Below, piece after piece: positions 51,601-63,600 of a stretch of 64,000 bases of DNA. A program made the translations under genes and the position numbers. The notes below the pieces were generated by a model. That model ran no database searches. It had not been told where the DNA came from and saw only the letters and a list, made by a program, of their open reading frames with translations. Source of the stretch: Iphione sp. A-MEVVRFRX5. Its lineage: Eukaryota. Positions within the stretch are counted from its first letter, which is position 1, and every line of letters begins with the position of its first letter. The DNA lies in contig OZ320316.1 of the NCBI GenBank assembly GCA_976226885.1, forward strand, positions 80,352,001 to 80,416,000. Reading direction: 5' to 3'.

Positions 51601-54600
51601 GAATATAAAGAAAGACAACACTAGTACCATTGGTCAGATTTGAAAGATGTATCGGTTAACTCAATAATGCCAATGGAATGGCAATGTATAACGAAAGTTT
51701 TTGATTTAGATTGAAACTTTCAAATCTGAGCAAATTTTTCTCAGGTACCTTTAGTCTCTTTCTCGGCTTTGGCGTTATTCTTTTTATGTCTACGTCTTAA
51801 TCGAGAAAAGAGCGACCCTAAACAGTTCTGTGTAGCTATGGAGAGACAGGGAAATGGGTAACATAAGTTTGCTTGCTTCCGGCAAAAGAAAGTCTGAATT
51901 CTATTCCTGAAAAGAACTTAATACATGTATACTGGCGCCTGTTTGCTTACAACTCTCTAAACACCTGACCTTCCACTCTTCCAGAATAAAATGAATTCTG
52001 CTTCACAAATAAAGTCCGTTTGGGGGACAAAATCTCATTTGTTTTTAGCCCTTTGCTATGATGTATTTAAGGCAACCCAGCTAAGGTTACCGAAATGTAT
52101 ATCAACTGCAAAAAGGCCTCATTCGTAGGATAAAATGCTAATCATAATTTTGAACGAGTAATTACCCTGCAAACCTGTTACTCATGTGGCTGAAAATTGT
52201 TCATGCCGATAAAATCAATCCGCAATTGGCCGACAGTGACTTACAGGTATACATCTGTTAAAGCAATACATGTGCTCCATTATATCATTTTACATTGGGA
52301 AACCTCCTTGTAGGAAGCATAGAATTCCAGCAGAAATTTTCATGATTTTAGGCTTAATATTAATGAATAACTTATTTGTCTTTGTGCAGGTACATTTCTG
52401 CGTGCTTGCCTTTTCTTTTTCAGCCATTTCTCGAAAAAAACTAGTTACTTAAAAAGTGGCCTACGGCCATAAAGTCTGAGATCCATCTGACTTCATTACA
52501 AAAAGGCTTTGTTCCCTGAGACTTCGTGAATAGAGTTACGACTGTACTCTATATTACATTGGATAGCAGCTAACGAATGCTTCGCTGTACTTACGGGTCT
52601 TGGGTTTTTCTCGATTGGTTGGAGGCTTGTTGGAAGGTTCTGATGGTGTGTTCTCCTGTACAATCTCTATTAAAACAGTAAGAACATCGATGGAAGAAGA
52701 GTTTTAAAACAAGTGAAATATTATCTAGGACTACCCTCTTTCTTCGCTGTGGCAAGCACAATTCACATAATGAATTCAAATCATCAACATTTATGTACAT
52801 CGAATCTGTTCAGAAACTTATAGCTTTATGTTCCATGTTAAGTGTCTTCAATAAGGAGTTCAATTTCGCATAATAACCGAACGGCAGATTGTGAATACAT
52901 ATCCTTTAAGAATATTAATACATTTAGACTGATTCAAGAAATAATATTACCCATGAGACTTAGTTCCCTTTCGGTTTGGCCATCGTCCTCCTCCGTATCA
53001 AGCCAGCGTCCACAGTAGAACACCAAGCGATTCGGACTGGAATCACTTTCTTCGACGTCCCTCTTATCATTCTTGTTGACCTTCCCTTTCTTTTGGTCCG
53101 TTTGCTTTGCGTTCGATTTCTTCTGTTCGTTCGCTTTCTGGGTGTCCTTCTGGCTCTTCTCTGATTTGTCCTGATCTCCCTTGGGAGTGATGATAATCTT
53201 ATCAAGGAACCAACCGGCGCCGTGACCAACGCCGTCATGCCCTACGACCACCCTCTCAATGTCCTCCAAGCTGACAGCTTCAACGGTGAATGTATCAACC
53301 TGAAGAAAATAGTATCTTATGCTAAACTCCTCTATTCGTTTATTATCAAGATATCACTTTAATACGGTTTCCTTGCAAAGAATGTGATCCTGACCCAAAA
53401 TAATCGTTTCATATGAACTACTGTTTGCCCGGATGTCTCTTGTTCTTAATGGACAGCCGTATATGTAGATATATATTTTTACAGTAAACCCTTTACGTAT
53501 GATTCCAAGTGGGCCCTTGCTTCAGAATACATTCTGACCGTACGTCTCATGGTCAGACTGTCTCGTGTCTAGTTGTCTTGTCCGATGAGACCATGGGGAA
53601 TGGCGGTCTAATCGTTCGGATTTTCTGTTTAAACAGCAATGTCCTGTGATCCGGCCGGTGCTTTAGGGAAGGGTCCGAGTTTGTTACATCTGCGTTCAAC
53701 AATCTTGGACTACTTTCACCGGAGCTCCCCACTGAAAAGGTACGTACCTGGTTCCGCTGGAACTTGAACATGTTCTGCGAGTGGTAGAGGAGGCGCCTAC
53801 CCGCGTCGCCCCGCGAGCCATATAGATGGAGGTAGACGTTAGCGTCCGTGGCCGCCGCCCAGTGATCTCCGGTGTACACCGACACCTCATAAGGCACCAC
53901 TAACCCAGAGAGTAGAAGTTACATAACTACCAACGAAATGAGAGTCGTGACAACTAACCAAGGGGGTAGAAGTCATATCATTAACCACAAAAAGATACTC
54001 GCAAGCAGGGATCGGAGCAATGCGTGGACTGGTGTTCGTTTTCTCTTGTAGGATCAATATGATTTCGAAGTTTGCAAATGTTGTCGGTAGCCACTATTTT
54101 TTACTGAGATCGATTTTTCGTTGTATGAAGTTAACTGTTTGGCTCCCTCGATCCAGATATTGCATAAGCGTTGGAAAAGTTTTAAACGCATATCTATCAA
54201 GTATAGTTTACCCAATAGTATATAGACAGAGATACTGAATTTAGAATTTTCTAAGAAAGAGGATCAGTGGCTGTTTAAGTCTGACCATTATGTGAAACTT
54301 CATTTCAGAGTTGACCGTCATGTACGCCTCGACTGTAGCATCACATGACTGACCTGGTAGAGGTTCTTGTCCTTCCTTGACTACTGGCAACTCTCGCACG
54401 ATGTCAAAGTCGTCCTCATCACGAGCCATCCAGCGGTCAAACTTAAACTTGTACTCTTCTTTGGTCTTTTTCTCTATCAGTGAAACCTATTGAAGAGAAA
54501 TGTACATGGCATTTGGAAATACCAGGAAACTAGAATAGGTGAAGGAATTTCCCATCAAGTGAGAATATTCCTCATTCAACATAAGGAAAAGTTTTACAAA

Positions 54601-57600
54601 TACATGTATTTCTGGTCCCGAATTATTCATAAAATTGCTTTGTCGTCCTGCAAAAATCGTTTCCCAACGGTTTTCATGAGAGCTTCTGTTCGTCATCCGC
54701 ATGAAATACTATGTAATCACTGTTGTGTGTGCGTGTGCGTGTATGTGTGCGCGCGCGCAGGCGGGGGAGTTAATCACGATATCTATAGTTTTAAGTGACG
54801 TTTAAAGGTACATGTCTATGTATATAAGTCAATCGGAAGTTATGTCTTGTATAAGGGGAGTCCGATGATATCTGAGTAACATCGCTGCTAAAAGAGCTGT
54901 TTAAAAACACACCTCCTCCAACAACCAGCCATCCCAGTCGTCGTCATCTTGGCGCCCGATGCGGATTTTGTACAATTCACCAATATCATCCATTTCAATC
55001 TGAAAATAACGAATGTGATGATACTGAGGAAAACTACTGAACAGAATCTTCTTATAAACTGATAATCTTTCTAATGAGCTAATTAAGCACCATTTCTTGA
55101 TGACCTGGTGGTGGGGGCTTAAGATTTGAGGTATGACCTCAGATAAGGAAAGAGAAAAATGTCTGAACTTAAAAGATCGTCCGTCCTGTTTATACATGTA
55201 TGTATATTATTACTTATGTATGCAGTATCCTTTTCAAGGTATGCAGTACCTATGCAGTAAAGCCGTGATTCTGGTAACCGAAAAAATGCCTATACTAATT
55301 GTGGTAAATCATATGAATCCCTCACGTTGAAACAGTGTTCACTGCCGGGGAAAAAGAGATCACCGTCGCCCACAACATTGTCTGGCGTGCTCTTCCTCTC
55401 TCTATTCCGCATTTTGTCGCCTGGTTGCTGGGAGCTCTTCTGCGACCCTTGACCATCCGATTTTTCGAGATTTTCAGACGTGAGAGGAATGTCGTCAGTT
55501 TTTCCCTCCGAGCCGTAGACAGTTAGTGTCACGACTGCACGCCGAGGAGCGCGCGAGTCGGGCGAGGTCTTAACGGTCAGGAGGTAACCTTCCTCTGAAA
55601 AAGATAAGAAGTTGATGAAAAACCGCAACTGAGAAAAATCAGCATCTAGCACAAATATTGAAGTATCATTGGTCCTACTAGTACTTCCTAACGTTAAAGT
55701 CGTCAAGATGTTTGCACAATGTAATCGCGATATGGTGCTGAAAGTCTTATGGTATATTAGAGTACCTTTATATATTCCATTCTCACGTTTATTAATAATA
55801 CTTCTAGATGCAGAGAGCTTAGGTAAACGAGAGGTATTATATCAAACATATTATCCAAGGTACCTTGCATGAGGCCAAAAAATAGGTGTGTTTCTGGTCA
55901 CGACCAGACAAAAACCTAGGTAGGGAGGGGGGTTATCTTTTTTTGTCCACTTTCTTCCTCTGGTTTTCAATAATAAAGATAATATGAAGAATTCTGACTA
56001 CTCTGTATGAGTTTTACAGTTTCTTTGCGAATTTCCATGGATTTGTTGTTTTTCTACTGAATTTACAAAAAAAACATAATCTGTATACACATATCTCTGG
56101 AAATTCAGCCTTGGAAACTCTTTGGGACCAAAAATGTTTTAGGTAGGGTGAGGTTTTACTAGGTAGGAATGGGTTACTATTTTTTTTTGGGGGGGGGGCC
56201 TGACCAATGAAGTACATGCACTGGATGGTCGACACTTTCAGGAAGAAATTCTTAAATGAATGGGGCGTCTATCAAGGAATTCTCTATTCCCTGAAAGTTC
56301 TGGGGAAATGTTAACACTTGGCGAGTACCACTATTCAATTCAGTTGTCGTTGTAAAGATGTACATACATACCTTTCTCCTCTGGCTCTGGCTCTTCCTCC
56401 GGCTGAACTTGCTCCTCTGGACGGTTGCCCGGCTTCAGTTCGCGTTCGATCTTCCGGTCGTCAACGCCCGAGTCGAACCATCGGTCACAAGGGAAATAGA
56501 ATTCTCTGGCTTCTTTCTCGTCGGCCGGTTCACTTTCCCTAACTACGACATTAGTCACAAACCAACCCGCACCTAAAACAGGGAAGAGAAGAATGAGAGT
56601 CGTGTTTGTACAGTGGCGGCGGAAAGAAAATAACGGAACTTTGCCTTTATGTACACCGATCTAGGGACGGACTTCAATGTACAAGTATGGTTTTTCATAT
56701 GAAATAAACACATGTATATATCTTCCTCTAAAACAGACGAATCTTGGTTTTCTTTGGGATAAGTATGGGAGAGATGGTAGAAATATGTCCTAAAAAGATT
56801 TTATTCCAGACTTTTTTACCAGTTAGACCGTGCCCATGTACGCTTCACAAAGGGCCACTCTGAAAGATCTCGGGATAGGTAAGTCTCTGTGGATTATTCT
56901 AAATGCGAACCTTTCTCCTTCCCATCATGCCCGAGGATCACCTTCTCCACTCTGTCCAGTGACACGGCATCAAGCCGGAACTCGTCCACCTGCCCGCGCC
57001 GGAAGGGCTTGCGCTGGTTCGAGGCGACCAGCGCCCGCCGACCCGCGTCACCGCGCGACCCAAACAAGTGAATGTAGCAGTTGGCGTCGGTGTCGGCGCC
57101 CCGCTCATTCCCAGTCTGAACCTCCACGATGTAGGTGATCGCTGCATCAATGTAAAGTCTCATTATGAAAGAAATCTAGTCGCTTGGAGGGTTCACTAGA
57201 AGTTCACATAATTTGTAATTTGGTTGGAGATTGACTGTACATGTACATATGTATATGATATTCTACCGTACTACCGTGTGTGATACTCTAAATTTGGGAC
57301 ACTGAGAAGTTCCAAAGCTAGATCCATAAAGTAAAACTATATTCTGATTTGACATCATATCGTAATTTAACATCACTAAAAGCCACTAAGTTTCCCCCGT
57401 GTGCAATATCATTTTACAAGTGAGTCATTAAAAGTAATGAATATTCAAAAGTGATGAGGTGCTCCAACCTGGCAGCACGGCTTCTCCCGGGTAGACTGCC
57501 GCCATTTCCCGCCACGTGTCACTGTCGTCCTGACCCCTGGCCAACCACCGATTGTTTTCGAATGTGAACACCTCGTCTTGGCGATGATCTTTCACTTTAA

Positions 57601-60600
57601 CCTGTCAATTGACAGCGTTTTTAGACAGACTCCCAAGGCCGTTTAGTTATAATAGAAGGGTTATGAAAGCTTTCTCATAAAATAATAAAACGCAAGGACG
57701 ATCCAGGATAGTCGGCGGGAGAAGTAAATGTATCTTCGAAAGATGTAAAGCGACGCATACATGTATATGACTAACATACATGTGCAAATTCTAGGAAAAC
57801 AATGGAGCCAATGTTCCACACTTGTCTATATTGAACGCTTACCCTCTCAAGGAACCAGCCTTGGTCCGGGTTTGCGCTGTCGTGGCCGACCCTAATCTTG
57901 TAGAGCCGGCCTATGTCCTCATTCAGGTTGACCTTAAACTCATCTATCTTGCCTGGCTGGAAGAGCCTCGCTTTCTTTTCCTTGGACGTCAGCGGCAGTG
58001 GCTTTGTGTGGCCTTTGTCTCCGTAGGCCACAAGGACAACAGGTTCAGACGTCCCCATGTCAGAGTCACCACCGGTCGTCGTCCACACCGTCCAATCAAA
58101 ACCTACACAAAACAGGAAATGCCCTACGTATATAGCGAAAGAATGTATATAGCTCTAGTTTAACGAGTTACGAGTTCGTATATTGATTTCGTTGTTGATT
58201 GTTCCGTTTTGAGTGTAATGTACATATAATAGGCATAAAGGTAACAAAATTTTGTATCAACTTCATTAATGCCCCATTAAATAGACTGCATTGACTTACT
58301 CTCTTCGGCAGGCGGGTCTCCTGGTAGTAGTACCCTTTCTATCTTCTTGTCGTCCTGACCGGAGTCTAACCAGCGACCACAGGGGAAGTGAAAGGTGGCA
58401 GCGTCAGACTCATCTCCCTCACGTACCACCACCCTCTCCACGTACCAGCCAGAGCCTAGCAGGCATGGAAAATGACACATGTACAGGCACTGTGACAACC
58501 AGCCATCAAACATTACAGAGTACAAGAGTAATCGTCTCGTGGTGTTTGAAAAAATACTAGTACAAAAATACTTCAACTGGACACTTCATGTCATCGAGAA
58601 ATGTTTGAAAATGTTTGAAAAAAAGAACGGATTCGACCATAATTCAGAAAAGTCCATACCTCTCTTCGTGGCATTATGCCCAATGATGACCTTTTCAATG
58701 GCTTCCAATGAGACTGCCTCGATCTCAAATATATCCTTTTGTCCGCGAAGGAACATGACGTTGTTTCTAGACTTGACAAGAGCCCTTCGTCCGGCGTCTC
58801 CGTGACTACCAAAGAGATGGATGTAAGCGTCGGCCCTGGTGTCAGCGTTCGGTACTGTGCCCGTATAGACCTCGACAACGTACGTCACCACTGTACAGTA
58901 CAGAACCAGTAATACACTAATATGCTGTTGTTTTATATGTAACATAATATATTATTGTACGCTTATATACCACAGTTTAAAAGGAAAAGGTGCATAAATT
59001 TGAACAGATAGGTAATCAGCTGTTATGAGAAGAGATTCGCATGCATTTTGGCGTGATATACGTTGGATATTCCTACCTAAAGCCAAAGGATTCCATTTGT
59101 CATTAAGATGTTTGGAAAAGTGAGTTCTTCGGGAGACCGACGTTTAGGGTAACAAGTCTCATAATTAGTTCTTTTATAATAAATTGATACTGTTCCTATC
59201 GATTGCATTGGGTTCCTTACTTGGGCAAGGGGCAACTTCCGGCCGTACTGCCGGCTGTTCCCTCCAGGTGTCTTCGTCATCTTCCCCACGTGACATCCAG
59301 CGGTTAAAGCGGAACTTGAGCACCTCGTTCGTGTTGAGGTCTTTCATCTTTAGCTGTGTACCGGAATAATGAAAATGATAGTTATAGATATATGTAACCT
59401 TATAACTTTTACTACGTAAAATTTGCCATTTAATGATCGGATATGTAACCTTATAACTTTTACTACGTAAAATTTGCGATTTAATGATCGGATGAAGGAA
59501 TGGCTTACATATGATAGTTGATTATAAAAGTCTGTTTTGCGCATAAAGCATATCTGGCTTTTCTATAAAAAAAAAGAAGAAAAACGTTCCTAATACAAGT
59601 GATGCCCTACCTTCTCTAAGTACCATCCTTGACTTTCATCCGGCTCTTCGTGTCCAATCCTAACCTTGAATACCTGACCAATGTCCCTGCCAAAGTTGAC
59701 CTTGAACTCATCTTTGGCGCCTGACTTGAACGGGTTATCGCCACCTTCAGGGGCGTTGAGTGGCAGTGGGTCGGTGTGGCCCTTCTCCCCGTAGACGACC
59801 AGGAACACTTCAGCATTGGTTCCCATGTGTTTCTCTTTACCAGTGGTAACCCAGATGAACCAGTCGTAGGCTGCAAGCGAAACCGATTATAAAGAAATAA
59901 CTAAAAAGGATACTTGTTCAGTTACTAGTATCCGATGAGAAAACACCCAAGGTTTCATTACCTGACTTGAGAATTTATTGAACTAGTGCAATGTATTTCC
60001 GAAAATTTACGCAGTGCCTGTTGTTGAAATACTACTCTTTCGAGTTCTTTTTTTAAAACGTTATAAAAATGCAGTACATTTATATCGTAATCTTAACTTC
60101 TTTCTGTATATTTTAAGTCATAAATGAACTAGTAGGTGGATATAGATTTGGCATAAGCTTCCTTACGTTCAGCCTCTTCAGGAATCTCTTCTGGGTCCGA
60201 TTCCGCCTCTTCAATCGGTCGGTAAACTTGAAATTGGATTAAATATTTGTCTTCAAAGTCTTTAAAGATGGTAAATTACAAGGAATATTCAAGGAATTTT
60301 AGTTAAGACACAATGACAATGCACACGTAATGTATTAAAACGACGACACATTGTACAACGACGTATACAATCTCACCAGGTTTTTTCAATCTGATTAGAA
60401 ATAGTAAACTCTGGAACAAATCTAAACCCATGCTCGGTTGCTCAGTCGGACGGGTTAAAACATTGAAAGGGATGCGTTTGTATTCCTAGAATCAGGCAGT
60501 CTGGTTAATACGCAATCTACTGCCGGGAGCAATGTCTTTATCTTAATATCGACGAGTCATTGAACATATTTTATGTACAATTACAACTGCGTTATTTATT

Positions 60601-63600
60601 GACAAAGACTTGAATAACTGTCGTCATTGCTTCTTAAAGTATATGTACACTTAATCTAATGGCATTTAGGTTGTTCGCTGTATCTCTATGCGCTCTCCTC
60701 AAATCATAATTGAGATAGGTACGCAGAAGTTCTGCACAGATCAACCTTGAATTAATCGGCAAAGACATTTAAAAGAATTCTTCAAATTTAGGATCTTAAA
60801 ATGGGGGCAGTCTTAACTGGACGATCACAGAATATGCTGAGCTTCATGGAGAAAGCAGACGAAGCAGTACATGGGCATGCTATTAGTTGAGGGTCGGGCA
60901 TTAAGCTTTATACGTGTAGCCTTACGGTGACTCACCCTCCTCTTGACTGTCCCCCTGACGGGGGGACTCAAGAGATACATCTTCAGGTGTTTCATCCACT
61001 GGCATCTCTGTAACAGTATAATGATCTATTTTCATAGGGCTACAGGCATCCTCTCTATTGTCATAAATGCTACAGTACTTGGACGATGTGCCACTATAGC
61101 CTAGTCGAGTAGTCAAACACAGTCACGTTCATGGATCAAGAGAAAATTTGCGGAATATTAATTATATAGCAATAAATACGTCAGCCAAAAATATGTTCCA
61201 TACAGTCGTTTCTCATCCTTTTCCGTTCTTCTCTTTCTTCTCCCGAGATTGTGTATATTTCGTTCCGTACTCCAAGGGCTTTGGTCACATAAACAAGAGT
61301 ATCAGTTATAACGTAGTAATATGCTATTGGGTTGAGGATTAATTTCACCCCATGATGGCCTACCTTTGGGCGGGTAGTTAAGAAATACCGATCCTTGTTG
61401 ATATTTCTGAGACAGCAGGACGCCACGGACCTTGCAATCTTTTTCAAACACCAATGTTTATCATAACATTAAGCCAATGGTCTTAAATCAGTACCGTTTG
61501 CTATTCAAATACATTGTATGCAGAACACTCTCCAGTAATTTATGACATACAATTACAACTCCTTAGGCATGTTTTATTCCATACATTTGCATTAATGTTT
61601 GCATAAACTTCATAACTCAGTTCTACAACAAAACACATGGTGTAAAATGCTTCCAGGAGAGTTTCATTTCGGGGAATGCGTCGACATATTACCTTTTACA
61701 CGTATATCGGCTCTTAACCATAATTCAAAAGGAAATTACACAAGACTAGACACAGGGAAGGAACAGACACTGAGTTCTTCACATGCGGTGCAAATGAAAT
61801 GTCAATTACATATCATCATGCATTGTGAGAAAACCTACATATTTATGACATCCTCCGGTATATTATAAAGACTCACCCACTATAATACGACGTGATCATT
61901 TGCTGTCTTCGCCATGTCAAGCATCAAGATTATTTATTTTCTATAAGGTGTGACGGCCACAGTCGTTGTCTCTCCTTTTGTGGGTCCTTTGTGAGTATCC
62001 TGTTCATTTGAGGACATGTCCTTATTTCGCTGTATCATGGACTGAATATTCTTCTGTTTGCCATAAGAATTTCCGAAGTGTCCCGGTAGGAACTTCTCAT
62101 TTTAGTAGATGAAATGTTCTTAAGGAGTAGGGAGTACAATGAAAGCAATTAAGATAAAGGTGCAATTCACAGGCTGGAAAAAGGTTTCCGATGATATAGT
62201 TATGATATACTGTGCTAAAGAAACTTACCCTCAGTATTTTATTTGTGCAAACAGTGCATAAATAAAGATATATGTGTCTATTCATATAAAATATTATGTG
62301 CAGACGTGTACATTTTGTTAATGTCACTATAATCTATTAGTGTTTTTGTCTTCTGTTAGCACCGAAGTACTAGCTGCCGTGTCTTTTCCGTTGTCTTCTT
62401 TCGAAAGTGAGTCAGAAGCATTTCCTTTGGCCTTAGTTTCATTGTCCTCTTGTTCTCGATTGTCTGATGCATGTTTTGGCGGATCAGTATCTTTTCTAAC
62501 TACTATAACGCTTCCATTCTCAGAAATTTCTTCTGGACTTGGTTCAGCAGTAGTCGTCTCTCCCTGTGGGACAATATTCTTATCACCCCCAGAGTTACTT
62601 TCTCGTGGACCATTCTTACCTTCCTCTGCGTTTTGTTGAGTTGCGTCATCTTGCTTTGACACAGAGGTAGTTTGTGTAGTCTCAGGACCCACAGACTTTC
62701 CCTCCTGATCAGCACCATTTGAATTTGACTCTGAGGAAACGGATTCTTTTTGGTCTTGCGCCTCTGAGCCCTTAGCATCCATAGCTGTGTTCAAGTCTGA
62801 GGCTTTCTCACTGGGTGCGTCCCCGGACGAATCAATTTGGATCGCACTTGATTCTGTTCCCTCGGATTGCGATGATTCAGTTTTCGCTGCTTGAGTCTCT
62901 TCGGCGACCTCTTCCTTCTGCTGTACGGTGTCTTTCTCAGTATCACCTACTTTCTCCTTGACACCTTCCTTTTTATCATCATGGACACTTTCGCTGATGT
63001 TTTCTTGCGCTTCAGCATTCTCTGTATCTACTGGTTCTTGTCTTATTGGTGCAGCATTTATGTTGACAATCTCATCTGTCGCTTTAGAGATGTCGCCATT
63101 TGTCTCATTAACTGATGGATTATCGGTGTTGGAGCTGTCCTCTTGCCGATTCTTGTCTATTCCAGTCTCATCTGATGGTTTAGATGCCTCGGGTTCTAGA
63201 GTATTCGGTGCAGCGCTCTGCCTTGTCTCATCGCCCGATTCCTTCGTGCTATTTCCATTTTCAGCCGAATTATCAGGTACCTCAGTATTTTGTTTCTCCG
63301 CATCGGCTGTCGTGTTTTGAATTCCACCTGCATCATCACCCTCTATTCCCTGCGGAACCTGAGCTTCCTCCTCCACGGAGACCTCAGTCCTCCCTTCCTG
63401 CTGCCCATCTTGCGACTGTACATTACTAGCCGACTGCGGCGAATCCGTTGGCTGAGATTCTTCTTCAATCGTATTCGAAGCATCAGAAATATTAGCAGAA
63501 GCAGACTCTGTTGTCTTTGACAACTCTTCTGGTGTGGGCTGATTGTCTTCACCTCCATTTACCTTAGAGGATTGTTCCAGATTAGATGCCTCTAACTTAG

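Noticed and set aside
61181-61447. 88-aa minus-strand ORF, and a nearby open segment at 61945-62100
   Set aside because: No acceptor in the phase needed to join the gene without an early stop; no domain signal.
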